NCBI GenBank assembly: GCA_963831895.1
Contig: CAWHSD010000016.1
Coordinates: 62,638 to 126,637, forward strand
Direction: 5' to 3'
Length of the DNA: 64,000 bases
DNA from: Candidatus Bathyarchaeota archaeon
Lineage (GTDB): Archaea; Thermoproteota; Bathyarchaeia; Bathyarchaeales; Bathycorpusculaceae
In this document: in pieces, positions 18,428 through 28,361 of the stretch
How the letters are laid out: every line of letters begins with the position of its first letter
How positions within the stretch are numbered: the stretch's first letter is position 1
The notes under the pieces: generated by a model
Database searches by the model: none
Told to the model about the DNA's origin: nothing
What the model saw: only the letters and a program-made list of their open reading frames with translations
Translations under genes and position numbers: made by a program

Positions 18428-18979
18428 TTGGACAAAAATCCGCAATCAAAAGATGATGCTCTTGAGGCGTTAGACTTTATCGTAAATGTTCTCAAAGAAC
18501 ATGAAAAAGACCTTGACAAACTCATCAATGAGCTTGCAACGGTCACCGAGCAAATTGGCGACACTGGCGAATTAAGCAGTAAAGTTGAAAAAGTTGAAAT
18601 AAAAATCGAAACACTACAAAAAGAAGTAACAAACCTAATTGGACAATTATCTGGTAAATCCCAGGAAGCATCGCCATTAGTGGTTGCTAAACAACAACCA
18701 AATGAAGTAGCTGAAGTTACTATGCCCAGTGGACATTCTGTTATTATGCGCTGCAAACAATGGGAAGATTTTCAAAATTTAGCTATGAAAGCTCAAACGT
18801 TGTCGTTTAGCTATAAGGAAGAAGAAAAGATTTTCCAGGCTGATGCTCTTAAAGGCAACCAGTTTATTACCTATAGAGGTGACCTTCCCAAGCTTTCTTC
18901 TATTTTGAAGATGTGGTTGTCTAAACAGTTTGATGTGCCAGAAGATAATATTTTGGAAGGCATATTAGTTGTAGGCTAA
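18428..18979 (+). CDS. Hypothetical protein with N-terminal coiled coil
   Basis: 183-aa ORF with heptad pattern. Confidence 0.7.
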   Translation: MDKNPQSKDDALEALDFIVNVLKEHEKDLDKLINELATVTEQIGDTGELSSKVEKVEIKIETLQKEVTNLIGQLSGKSQEASPLVVAKQQPNEVAEVTMPSGHSVIMRCKQWEDFQNLAMKAQTLSFSYKEEEKIFQADALKGNQFITYRGDLPKLSSILKMWLSKQFDVPEDNILEGILVVG

Positions 18980-19067
18980 ATCAATATTTTTACTTCTTAT
19001 TTTTGCTTCATAAATCATATATTAATTTTATGTCATCTTGAATCTTGTTAGTGATTGGAGGGAATGG

Positions 19068-19160
19068 TTAAGGTTGAAGGTTAACCAGTATGCCAAGATA
19101 CAATTTCCGTTTTCGAAGCCTTCTCCTTTCTCCTCGATACGGATGGCTATTGGACGCCAA
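19068..19160 (-). CDS. Candidate 30-aa basic small protein
   Basis: GGAGGT RBS at 19169-19174; TTG start; MASNSHPYRGERRRLRKRKLYLGILVNLQP*. Confidence 0.35.
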   Translation of the reverse strand: MASNSHPYRGERRRLRKRKLYLGILVNLQP

Positions 19161-19424
19161 CACACATAACCTCCCTTCATAAACACTAACTAAAATTCCA
19201 AAAAGGAATTCTGACCTCTTTACAATTTGGATTCATGTAAAGGAAACGAATTATCTGATATATCTACAATTTTCCTTAATTAATTCATATTTTTTGAATA
19301 TAAAACGGTTATTGATTACAATGGAAAAAGAATAACGCTATACTGAAAACCTCTGACGCTGGAGTTAGACAAAGTATATAATCACTGGTTAATACCTCTC
19401 CGTTTACGCTGGTGCAAAAAGCCC

Positions 19425-20504
19425 TTGGAATCTGTTAAACCAAAGTTAACTTGGAAGACCGTCGTTTTTCCATTGCTTGGTTTAGCAGGGTTTTTCATCT
19501 ACATTTATTTGTTCCATGTAGATATCTTAGGCATCATAAACACGGCAAAAACCGCTAATCCATTCATTTATGGGTTAGCTATCTTGTTTGGTTTATTGGA
19601 AGTTTTGTTTTTCACAATTTCTTGGCGAGAATTAACTAATTATCTATCGATAAAAATGAGTATTGGCAGAGCTTACCTCTATGTTTGGTATGGTCTATAT
19701 GTTGACACAATTGTTCCAGCTCAATCTATAAGCGGAGAGGTAACCCGAACTTATTTGCTTGTGCGAGATAAATGTGGACCTTTTGGAAAAATCGTGGCTT
19801 CACTCTTTGCTCACAGGCTTTTGGGGATGGCAATAAACGTGATTGCCTTAATCGTTGGTATCATATTGCTTTATTTTGGCGGCCAAGCATCACCTTTAGT
19901 TTTCAATTTAATAATAATTGTTGCAATAGCCATAACAGCCGTTATCTTTTTAATGGTAATATTTTCTTACAAGCAACAGTGGACACTAAAAGCAATTACG
20001 TGGGGTACCAAACTTGGACAAAGAATTACACTTGGAAGATGGAAATCAGAAAAAATAAAAAACCAAGCAATAGAAATTACAGAGCACTTTCATAACGCAA
20101 TAAAAGAATTTCGACATAACCCAAAATCAATTGTTACCTCACTGTTTTACTTAGCCATAACATGGATTTTTAGTCTAAGCGTCCCTTACTTGATATTCTT
20201 ATCTCTTAATCACCCTGTTTCATGGAGCATGATTCTCATAACTTCATCTATAGTTTTAGCTGTAAAAGCAATTCCAGTGGGAATTCCCTTTGAAGTTGGA
20301 CTTCCTGAAGCTGTGATGACGACACTTTACTTTTCGATGGGTGTTCCCGCCGCACTGGCAGCCACAGCCACAGTTCTTGTAAGAATCATAACATTGTGGA
20401 TGCGCTTTTTTATCGGCTTTGTTGCCCAACAATATCTCGAATTAAAACCCTCCATTTCAGTAACTGAAAACGCAGAAAAAACTAAAATCTACCTTCAACC
20501 CTAA
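19425..20504 (+). CDS. Lysylphosphatidylglycerol synthase TM / flippase-like (UPF0104) protein
   Basis: IVPAQSISGEVTR, PVGIPFEVGLPE, RIITLW; ~8 TM. Confidence 0.85.
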   Translation: MESVKPKLTWKTVVFPLLGLAGFFIYIYLFHVDILGIINTAKTANPFIYGLAILFGLLEVLFFTISWRELTNYLSIKMSIGRAYLYVWYGLYVDTIVPAQSISGEVTRTYLLVRDKCGPFGKIVASLFAHRLLGMAINVIALIVGIILLYFGGQASPLVFNLIIIVAIAITAVIFLMVIFSYKQQWTLKAITWGTKLGQRITLGRWKSEKIKNQAIEITEHFHNAIKEFRHNPKSIVTSLFYLAITWIFSLSVPYLIFLSLNHPVSWSMILITSSIVLAVKAIPVGIPFEVGLPEAVMTTLYFSMGVPAALAATATVLVRIITLWMRFFIGFVAQQYLELKPSISVTENAEKTKIYLQP

Positions 20505-20524
20505 TATTATTTTAGACCAACAAA

Positions 20525-20974
20525 ATGGAAGTAAAAATCGAAACAGCAACCATAACACTCCTTGACAAATTTTTCAAAATTGAAGAGCAATGTTTTGAAC
20601 AAGAAGCTTTCACAAAACGCCAAATATCTTACTTACTAACCGATTACAACACCATCGCATTGATGGCTAAAACAGACAACGACATTGCAGGATTTATTAT
20701 TACTCAAGTAGAAGTCGAAGAGAACACCGAGTTCGGGCACATAATAACAATAAACGTAGCTCCAGGCTATCGCCGTCAAGGAACTGCTACAAAACTTCTG
20801 CATGAAATAGAAAAGCTTCTAAAACAAAAGGGCATAACTCAGTGCCGATTAGAAGTCCGAGAAGACAACAAACACGCGATAAAACTGTACCAAAAACTTG
20901 GATACCAAACTATCGGTATATTAGAAAATTATTACGGCAAAAAACATGGCTTGTTCCTAAAAAAAATATTATAA
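20525..20974 (+). CDS. RimI-like N-acetyltransferase
   Basis: HIITINVAPGYRRQG, LEVREDN..AIKLY, NYY. Confidence 0.85.
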   Translation: MEVKIETATITLLDKFFKIEEQCFEQEAFTKRQISYLLTDYNTIALMAKTDNDIAGFIITQVEVEENTEFGHIITINVAPGYRRQGTATKLLHEIEKLLKQKGITQCRLEVREDNKHAIKLYQKLGYQTIGILENYYGKKHGLFLKKIL

Positions 20975-21062
20975 AACAACAAACTTTTGTTGGTTAAAGC
21001 TAAGCGCTAACCTGGTTAATGGAACAAATGTTTAAAAGAAATGATGCGGTAAAAACCGATGG

Positions 21063-21341
21063 TTGGAAGAGATGGGAGAACCTCGTGGAAGAAAATCAAA
21101 TGAGCAGACCCTTGTCCAAACCATAGTGGTTCTAATCCGCAATACCACTTGGCGATGCGGTAAACTTGAAAAATCCATCGTCAAACATCTCTATAAGCGT
21201 CACGAAAATTTTGGCAAACCAGAGGTTTCAGTTAGGGACATTATGCTTAATCTAAACATTACCGGCGAGAAGAAGGATGAATGTTTAGATGCGCTGCGTA
21301 GACTTGAAAAAAGAAATATAGTAAAAATAACGCTTCCTTAA
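21063..21341 (+). CDS. Small hypothetical protein, possible winged helix
   Basis: 92-aa ORF ending ALRRLEKRNIVKI. Confidence 0.65.
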   Translation: MEEMGEPRGRKSNEQTLVQTIVVLIRNTTWRCGKLEKSIVKHLYKRHENFGKPEVSVRDIMLNLNITGEKKDECLDALRRLEKRNIVKITLP

Positions 21342-21400
21342 TTTTTCTTTCTATTTTTGTAAGTTTTCTCCGCACTATTCCGAATAGAATACTCTCTTGA

Positions 21401-22780
21401 TTATTTTAGCAGTTCAGACGTGTTTGGAGGTGGTTTAATTAGACCGTGTTTCATCAACAACTCAGTTGATTCCCTTGCATTACTAATAATAGCTGAAGCC
21501 CGGTCATACAATTCTTGCTTACTGGGTTTTACCCGCGCAACACCTTGCTCAATAGATTTCAAGGCACATGCAACGGCTTCTCTGGGAAAAACTTCCCACT
21601 CATCCATCCTTGGCAAAATATCTTTTTCACTTATTCCTCGTTCTTCAGCATAATTTGCGAGTTCCTGAGCTGCTGCAATACACATGTCATCAGTAATTGT
21701 CTTTGCTTTCACGTCAAGCACACCACGGAAAATTCCTGGAAAACCAAGGCTGTTGTTCACTTGATTTGGAAAATCACTTCGCCCAGTTGCAACAATTCTT
21801 GCTCCAGCTTCTTGAGCATCCCATGGCCAAATCTCAGGAATAGGGTTAGCACAAGCAAAAACTATTGAATCAGTAGCCATTGTTTTTATCCATTCTTTTT
21901 TTATGGTATTTGGGCCAGGTCTTGAAGCCGCAACCACTGCATCTACCCCTTTGAATGCTTCTGAAATACCGCCTGTTCGACCTTCGCTGTTGGTTTTTTG
22001 GGTAACGTCGTATTTCCATGGGTCTTCCTCTTGTGTGATATCTGGTCTATCCTTGTGAATTACACCTTTGCTATCAGCAAGAATTATGTTACCTGGTTTT
22101 ACCCCCCACTTCATTAGAACATAAGCCGTCCTAATGTTTGCGGATCCTGAACCAACAAGAGTGATTAAGCTATCTTTAGGTTTTTTACCAACCAGTTTGA
22201 AAGCATTAATTAACCCTGCTAAAATTACGGTGGCGGTTCCTTGTTGGTCATCATGCCAAACGGGAATCTTCATGTGTTCTCGAGCGTTCTCAAGAACTTG
22301 GAAACACTTCGGTTTTTCAATATCCTCAAGGTTGATACCTCCGAAGGTGGGCTCCAGTGCCCTACAAATCTTTACTATCTCGTCAGGATCCTTGGTTCGC
22401 AGGCAAATTGGAAACGCATCAACGCCACCTAGATACTTGAACAAAAGTGCCTTGCCTTCCATAACAGGCAACGCCGCTTCAGGACCAATATCACCCAGCC
22501 CCAGAACACGAGTCCCATCTGTAACAATAGCAACGTAGTTCCAACGGTTAGTTAATTCAAATGATTTGTCGGGATCTGCTTGTATTTCCCTACAAGGGGC
22601 AGCTACACCGGGTGTATACCAGATTGCAAAATCGTCAGTATTTCTGATTGCGCATTTGGGAATAACTTGCATTTTTCCCTCGTAGAACCTATGCATCGGA
22701 GAAGATAGTTGCGCGGGCTTTTTGGCTTTTGCAAGCAACTCTTCAACGGTAGGTTTAACTTCAACATTATCTGGAACCAT
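21401..22780 (-). CDS. NAD(P)-dependent malic enzyme
   Basis: WYTPGVA, DGTRVLGLG, PVMEGK, NLEDI, HDDQQGT, TGRSDFPNQVNN. Confidence 0.95.
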   Translation of the reverse strand: MVPDNVEVKPTVEELLAKAKKPAQLSSPMHRFYEGKMQVIPKCAIRNTDDFAIWYTPGVAAPCREIQADPDKSFELTNRWNYVAIVTDGTRVLGLGDIGPEAALPVMEGKALLFKYLGGVDAFPICLRTKDPDEIVKICRALEPTFGGINLEDIEKPKCFQVLENAREHMKIPVWHDDQQGTATVILAGLINAFKLVGKKPKDSLITLVGSGSANIRTAYVLMKWGVKPGNIILADSKGVIHKDRPDITQEEDPWKYDVTQKTNSEGRTGGISEAFKGVDAVVAASRPGPNTIKKEWIKTMATDSIVFACANPIPEIWPWDAQEAGARIVATGRSDFPNQVNNSLGFPGIFRGVLDVKAKTITDDMCIAAAQELANYAEERGISEKDILPRMDEWEVFPREAVACALKSIEQGVARVKPSKQELYDRASAIISNARESTELLMKHGLIKPPPNTSELLK

Positions 22781-22956
22781 TCAAGACAACTCTTCAACGG
22801 TGAAAAACACCGCTGAGGATTTAAGTTTTTATTAAAAAGGTTAAACAACCAACGTTCAGACAAAAATAGTAGAACTCAGGAATTAGACTAAAAAGAATAA
22901 CTAAATAGATAAAAAATCAAAAAAAGAAAATATTTCTAAACTAACACATTGAAAGC

Positions 22957-23556
22957 TTAGTATCTTGGTCTGTAACCGCCGCCGCTACCGCCGCTGCCGC
23001 CACCGCGTCGATCTCCACCTCTACTGTCTCGACCGCCGCCGTAACCGCCACCGCCGTATCCGCCGCCGCCACGTCTATCTCTTCCGCCACCGTATCCTCC
23101 GCCTCCGCCGCCGAATCCTCGTCCACCGCCTCTTCCGCCGCTTCTAAATGGTCTGCGTTCTTGCTCGTATGTCTTGCTTGAAACGTTGTTTTCTGTATTA
23201 ACTTCTACTGTGAGTGGCTCTTTTGCTTGGTCTAATTTGCCATATTTACCGATGTTTAAGCGTATGTTACCTTTGAAGAGTGTAACATAACCGTTTTCAA
23301 TGCGTACTGTATCAGCTTCGTTGACTTTCTCAATGTTATCATCCCATAAGGTTAGGTATACTACGCCAGTTTCGTCTCCGATGAGTGCATCGCTGACTTT
23401 GTGTGCAGATCCATCTCTGCCCATTGGAATTTCTCTAACTTCTGTTTTGGATACTACTTTGGCCGTAACGTTAACCGCTTTTGATTGTGGGGTTAAGTCT
23501 CCGACTTTTGCTTCTACTGGTTCCTTTTTGTTTTCGAAAAAACCTTCAACAGCCAA
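22957..23556 (-). CDS. ssb: Crenarchaeal-type single-stranded DNA-binding protein with RGG-rich tail
   Basis: Single OB fold (VSDALIGDETG..LTLW..IENGY) plus ~60-aa Gly/Arg/Tyr tail. Confidence 0.85.
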   Translation of the reverse strand: MAVEGFFENKKEPVEAKVGDLTPQSKAVNVTAKVVSKTEVREIPMGRDGSAHKVSDALIGDETGVVYLTLWDDNIEKVNEADTVRIENGYVTLFKGNIRLNIGKYGKLDQAKEPLTVEVNTENNVSSKTYEQERRPFRSGGRGGGRGFGGGGGGYGGGRDRRGGGGYGGGGYGGGRDSRGGDRRGGGSGGSGGGYRPRY

Positions 23557-23684
23557 TTGATTTCACCTATTTTTTAGTCTGAGACACATCTTAGATTTCT
23601 CAGCACTTAAGTGTTTCGCTTAGAATGGTTTCTTGTTATTTTAGCGTTTAAAATATAAACTTGATGTCGCATAGATGTTTCATC

Positions 23685-24566
23685 ATGAAAAAGCTGTATG
23701 TTGCAGTTGCCGTTTTTGTTTTAGTAGTTTTAACCACCGCATTTATAGCGGTTTCTTTGTCCGGCTTAGAGCCCTCCAACAATTCGTTTCCAACGCCTAC
23801 ACCAACCCAAACATCTTCACAACCAACCTCTTCCTCGACACCAACACTAACCCCAGCGCCAACATCATCTACGTCAAAAGGCGCCGCAACCTACACATAC
23901 AAAATAGTTAAAACTTACCCGCATGACACTAATGCATTCACCGAAGGCTTAGTATTCGATAATGGCTTTTTATACGAAAGCACAGGGATGTCTAGTTCAC
24001 TGCGACGTGTCGACTTTGAAAGCGGCAGTGTGCAGCAAGAATTTGTTTTGCCTGAGGAATATTTTGGTGAAGGCTTAACAATTGTTAACAATTCATTAAT
24101 TCAGTTGACGTGGCAAAACCATATTGGGTTTGTCTACGATAAGGCAACGTTTGGTTTACTTAGTAATTTCAGTTATTTCACTGAAGGCTGGGGCTTAACC
24201 TACGATGGAAGCAACCTAATCATGAGTGATGGCTCCTCAAACCTGTACTTCCTTGATCCCGTCACTTTCCAAAAGACAAACCAGATTAGCGTTCACGACG
24301 CAGACAACACTGTAATCAACATCAACGAGCTCGAATACATTAACGGAGACGTTTACGCAAACATTTGGCTCCAACAAAAAATCGCCGTCATAAACCCGCA
24401 AACAGGACAGGTGAAGAATTGGATAGACTTAACTGGAATCTACCAATCAGACGATCCGAATTCAGTTTTAAATGGCATCGCATATGACTCACAAACTAAC
24501 AGGCTCTTTATCACAGGTAAAAACTGGCCAAACCTCTACCAAATAGCAATAACACCCAAAACATAA
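23685..24566 (+). CDS. Glutaminyl-peptide cyclotransferase (type I, beta-propeller), membrane-anchored/exported
   Basis: YPHD..AFTEGL, YESTG, FGEGL, EGWGLT, MSDGS, INELE, VLNGIAYD, TGKNW; P/T/S linker. Confidence 0.92.
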   Translation: MKKLYVAVAVFVLVVLTTAFIAVSLSGLEPSNNSFPTPTPTQTSSQPTSSSTPTLTPAPTSSTSKGAATYTYKIVKTYPHDTNAFTEGLVFDNGFLYESTGMSSSLRRVDFESGSVQQEFVLPEEYFGEGLTIVNNSLIQLTWQNHIGFVYDKATFGLLSNFSYFTEGWGLTYDGSNLIMSDGSSNLYFLDPVTFQKTNQISVHDADNTVININELEYINGDVYANIWLQQKIAVINPQTGQVKNWIDLTGIYQSDDPNSVLNGIAYDSQTNRLFITGKNWPNLYQIAITPKT

Positions 24567-24943
24567 CAAACAAAAAGTAAGGGCGTTAATGAAAATTAAA
24601 AAATAATAAAAGCCGAGAACTTTTTTTACAAACATTTATGCTGCAACCAACATTATTGTCGGGGTCTTACGGAGGCAGCTAACGCTTCTAATTATCGTTA
24701 ACGCAGTATTGTGGATGTCCGCGCTTCTCGCATTAAGATTGTTCGAGGGGAACATAGACCAAATAACGATGTTTGCGTTTGCCTCACTATGGTTGATCAG
24801 TAACGGGTTGATTTACGCGATTCTTAGCAGAGCAAACAGCCAAAAAAGCTGTCGATAGCGATTTCTATGGGTAAACGGTGTTGTTTCTTTTCAGCAATGT
24901 TTTCCACAACCCATTTAACCAACAAAATCAATCCCTTAGCGTC

Positions 24944-26062
24944 ATGTTAAACTCACAACCAGACGCCACGCCAAAACCCCAAAGTCAAACTAGACGAATC
25001 CTAAAGATTCTAATTCAAATAGTGGCTATGGTTTCAATCTTTGCAGTCCTATTCTGGTACATCGGAGTCGGCTCACTATACGAGGCATTGTTAAACATCA
25101 AAGTCGAGTATTTGGCGCTTGCATTCCTCATGTACTTTGGCATCAACATCTTCTTCACAATAAGGCTAATGCGAGTTTTAGCTAAAGGCGGAGTAAAAAC
25201 ATCGTTTGGCAAAACCCTTCTTGCCCAGTACGCTGGAATGCTAACTAGTGACGTTACCCCTGGACGGTCAGGCTACATTTTGACGCCTGTTTACCTACGC
25301 GACCAAAATGTTCCCGCTTCAAAAGCTCTGTCAAGCATACTTGGGATTCAAACCATAGAGTTCCTGATTAAAGTTATAGGCGGAATCGGCGCAGCCATAT
25401 TCCTAATCCAGATTGTGCCAACGGGAAATTGGCCGACAACCACCATTCTGGGCGTAAACGTAGCGTTTTTTGTGATAGTTTTAGGCATCGCATTAATGTT
25501 AACTGGCGCTCTTTTGCTTGCCGCTATCTCCTGGTCAGAGCGAGCCATATACATCTTTGACCGAATCGCAAACTCCCGGTACCTGAAAAGATTCACGGGG
25601 GGCATATTGGGCAAGCTTGAAGAGTTCAAGGAAGGCTCTCAAAAAACAAGATCAGCTATCCCCGAGATTTTAGGGTTAACTATGGTATGCTGGGTTTTGA
25701 AAGGCTTCGAATGGTACTTCTTAGCCGCAGCATTAGGCATATCAATCAGCAGCAACGTCGCGATAGCTTGGCTTGGATTCTTCTTGATTCACCCCTTGGT
25801 TACTGCATTGGCTTTTGTTCCAATCACGCCGGCGGGAGCGGGCGTCCAAGAATTCGGCATAGTTGGCATACTAACCCTGCTCTTTGTCGCTCCCAGCGAC
25901 GCCACGGTTGGTGCCATTTTAGCTTTCGCGATTCTTGCAAGAGGATTACTAATCATCGAGGACCTCGTAGGTGTACCACAAATCGTAAAGTCGACAACCC
26001 TGATTTTTTCAAAGAAAAAACCCGAAGAAACCATCCCTGAACCGCCTTCGACACCGCTCTAA
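24944..26062 (+). CDS. Lysylphosphatidylglycerol synthase TM / flippase-like protein
   Basis: SDVTPGRSG, PITPAGAGVQE; multiple TM. Confidence 0.85.
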   Translation: MLNSQPDATPKPQSQTRRILKILIQIVAMVSIFAVLFWYIGVGSLYEALLNIKVEYLALAFLMYFGINIFFTIRLMRVLAKGGVKTSFGKTLLAQYAGMLTSDVTPGRSGYILTPVYLRDQNVPASKALSSILGIQTIEFLIKVIGGIGAAIFLIQIVPTGNWPTTTILGVNVAFFVIVLGIALMLTGALLLAAISWSERAIYIFDRIANSRYLKRFTGGILGKLEEFKEGSQKTRSAIPEILGLTMVCWVLKGFEWYFLAAALGISISSNVAIAWLGFFLIHPLVTALAFVPITPAGAGVQEFGIVGILTLLFVAPSDATVGAILAFAILARGLLIIEDLVGVPQIVKSTTLIFSKKKPEETIPEPPSTPL

Positions 26063-26130
26063 CGCAGGTTTTTGCAAAAGTCAACGTTCTTAAAACCTCT
26101 CCGCTTCTATTTCTTTTGGGATAAACCATC

Positions 26131-26619
26131 ATGGATGCGGATTCGGTCAGGGAAGCTCTCCCAAGCGACAGGAAACGGTTAAGAGAGATTATTACATTGT
26201 CTTTTCCGAGGTTTTTCCGTTTTTTTGCCAGCCACAGCGTAGACTCAAAGGATGGACGCGTTCTTGTTTTGGAAGTTCAGAGCACTGTGGCGGGGTTTGC
26301 TAAACTGATCGATTTCCAAGTTGGCGGCGGCAAGTACGGCTGTATCCTCTGGGTTGCCGTTTACCCCAGATATCGTCGCATAGGAATCGCCTTAAACTTG
26401 ATGAAGGCAGGCGCAGATATACTGAAAAAAGAAGGTGTACAAGCGGTTTTTGCTTCTACCCAATGGAGAAATAACGCTGCCAAAGCAACCCTGATTAAAG
26501 CAGGCTTTGGGCAGGTGGGTTTTCTGGGGGTGTGGCGGGTTTTTGGTTGGCGTGTGTTTAGTTTTTACCGGGAGATTTGGTATGCACCTGGCGAAATCGT
26601 GTTCATGAAAAATTGTTAA
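26131..26619 (+). CDS. GNAT N-acetyltransferase
   Basis: VAVYPRYRRIGIA motif A; N..A...KAGF. Confidence 0.8.
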   Translation: MDADSVREALPSDRKRLREIITLSFPRFFRFFASHSVDSKDGRVLVLEVQSTVAGFAKLIDFQVGGGKYGCILWVAVYPRYRRIGIALNLMKAGADILKKEGVQAVFASTQWRNNAAKATLIKAGFGQVGFLGVWRVFGWRVFSFYREIWYAPGEIVFMKNC

Positions 26620-26625
26620 GTTAGT

Positions 26626-26779
26626 TGGTCGGGAGAGCAGGATTTGAACCTGCGACGGCTCGGTATCTGTGGCCTAGACAGGCTAGAATGAAGCCCACCA
26701 TGGGTAGACCTCTACAGCTTCTCCACCAGCTAAACAAGTTAGCCAGCTCGAGAGCTCTGCCAGGCTGAGCTACCTCCCG
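26626..26779 (-). tRNA. tRNA-Tyr(GUA) with two introns (30/31 and 37/38), encoded CCA
   Basis: Exons 26779-26749, 26718-26712 and 26664-26626 give a 77-nt cloverleaf with C1-G72/A73; both introns form BHB motifs. Confidence 0.93.
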
Positions 26780-26899
26780 ACAAAGACCATACAGACAAAA
26801 GAAAAGAATTTATGTGTTTTGGAATTTTCCGCATCCTTGGGCCATACTAAACATTTTAATCTTTTAGAAATATGTGATTTAGAGAAGAGGCGTAATAAA

Positions 26900-27865
26900 T
26901 TGACTAAAACCATTGGCATTGTTACTTCTGGAGGAGATGCACCGGGCATGAATGCAGCCATTCGAGCTGTTACACGCGTTGGTCACTCGATGGGTTTTCA
27001 GGTAATTGGGTTTGAACGTGGCTGGGATGGATTGTTAACTAATTGTTTCAAAAAGTTGACCCCTCGCGATGTCGGCGGCATAATTCAGCTAGGCGGCACC
27101 ATGCTTCATACATTAAGGTGTCCGGCGTTTGAGCAGCCCGGCGGGGTTGAAACAGGCTCAGAAACACTCCGACAGAATAATGTTGATGGATTAGTGGTTA
27201 TTGGGGGGGATGGTTCGTTTCGCGGCGCCTTGGATCTGAGCAAGAAAAGTGACGCTTTGATTATTGGAATTCCAGCAACCATAGACAACGATATCTATGG
27301 CACTGACGAAACAATCGGCTTTGACACGGCAGTGAACACAGCTGTAACCACCATTGATAAAATTAGGGACACTGCGATTTCCCATGAACGGGTTTTTATT
27401 GTTGAGGTTATGGGGCGCAAAAGAGGTTTCTTGGCATTGGAAGTAGGGATGTGTGTGGGTGCAGAAGTAATTTTGATTCCTGAAAATCCTATTCCCCCGA
27501 AGGAAATTTGCTGCATTTTGGATGGTAACTCCAGAAAAGGAAAAAGAGCAGGAATAATTGTTGCTGCAGAAGGTTTTGGTGATTCAAACAAACTGGCACA
27601 GGAAATGCAGCGTCAAACAGATTCTGAAGTTAGGCTCTCCATACTTGGATATGCTCAACGTGGAGGTAGCCCAACGGCACGAAGCAGGTTGCTTGCGAGT
27701 TTGTTTGCTGAGAGAGCTGTTGAATTGATCTGTGAAGGAAATGGAAATCTTGCAGTTGGATTACAGAAAGGCGCAGTCACTAGCTTTGAACTAGAGAAGA
27801 GTGCAAATAACAAGAAGCAATTGGATTTGCGATTGTTGAAAGTCGCTGAAATGCTCGCAATCTAA
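26900..27865 (+). CDS. pfkA: ATP-dependent 6-phosphofructokinase (PfkA family)
   Basis: TSGGDAPGMN, GGDGS, PATIDND, IGFDTA, EVMGR, GYAQRGG. Confidence 0.93.
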   Translation: MTKTIGIVTSGGDAPGMNAAIRAVTRVGHSMGFQVIGFERGWDGLLTNCFKKLTPRDVGGIIQLGGTMLHTLRCPAFEQPGGVETGSETLRQNNVDGLVVIGGDGSFRGALDLSKKSDALIIGIPATIDNDIYGTDETIGFDTAVNTAVTTIDKIRDTAISHERVFIVEVMGRKRGFLALEVGMCVGAEVILIPENPIPPKEICCILDGNSRKGKRAGIIVAAEGFGDSNKLAQEMQRQTDSEVRLSILGYAQRGGSPTARSRLLASLFAERAVELICEGNGNLAVGLQKGAVTSFELEKSANNKKQLDLRLLKVAEMLAI

Positions 27866-28070
27866 ATGCAATCTAATTTTATAGTAATTATTCGTAATTT
27901 TTGATGGTTTACTTAGCCACTTTTTGCCAAGTGCAATATGAAGGGACTTTTCGCGGCGCCGTTTTCGCCATAGTTAAACTTGGCAATATTAACTGAAAAC
28001 CTATAATGGACGAGTTGGAGAAAATTAGAAAAGTTTGCTCAGCAAATAGCTAAAAGCTTGTAATTGGGAA

Positions 28071-28361
28071 GTGTATAGTATGACTAAGACTGTTAATTTG
28101 CCTTTGCGGGTTTTTGAAGATTTGGTTAAAACTTCTGAGGAGTTATCTTTGATGGCTAAAAAGCCTATTTCGACGTCGATGGCTGTTGATTTGCTGATTG
28201 AAATTTACCATGCACATCTCAACAATCCTTGCTCACTGGATGCTTTCAGCCTACAATTAAGAAACTTGAACGTAATGTCCCCAGATGAATTTGATAAATA
28301 CTGGGATGAACCCAAAAAGACAGATGAATCAAAGGTCAAGATAACAGCAAAAAAACCTTAA
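28071..28361 (+). CDS. Small hypothetical protein (RHH-like N-terminus)
   Basis: 96-aa ORF, KTVNLPLRVFEDL. Confidence 0.6.
   Translation: MYSMTKTVNLPLRVFEDLVKTSEELSLMAKKPISTSMAVDLLIEIYHAHLNNPCSLDAFSLQLRNLNVMSPDEFDKYWDEPKKTDESKVKITAKKP

Noticed and set aside
22960-23150. GC-rich CCG repeats and overlapping Ala-rich/Arg-rich ORFs
   Set aside because: Explained by the Gly codons of the SSB tail; the alternative ORFs are shadows
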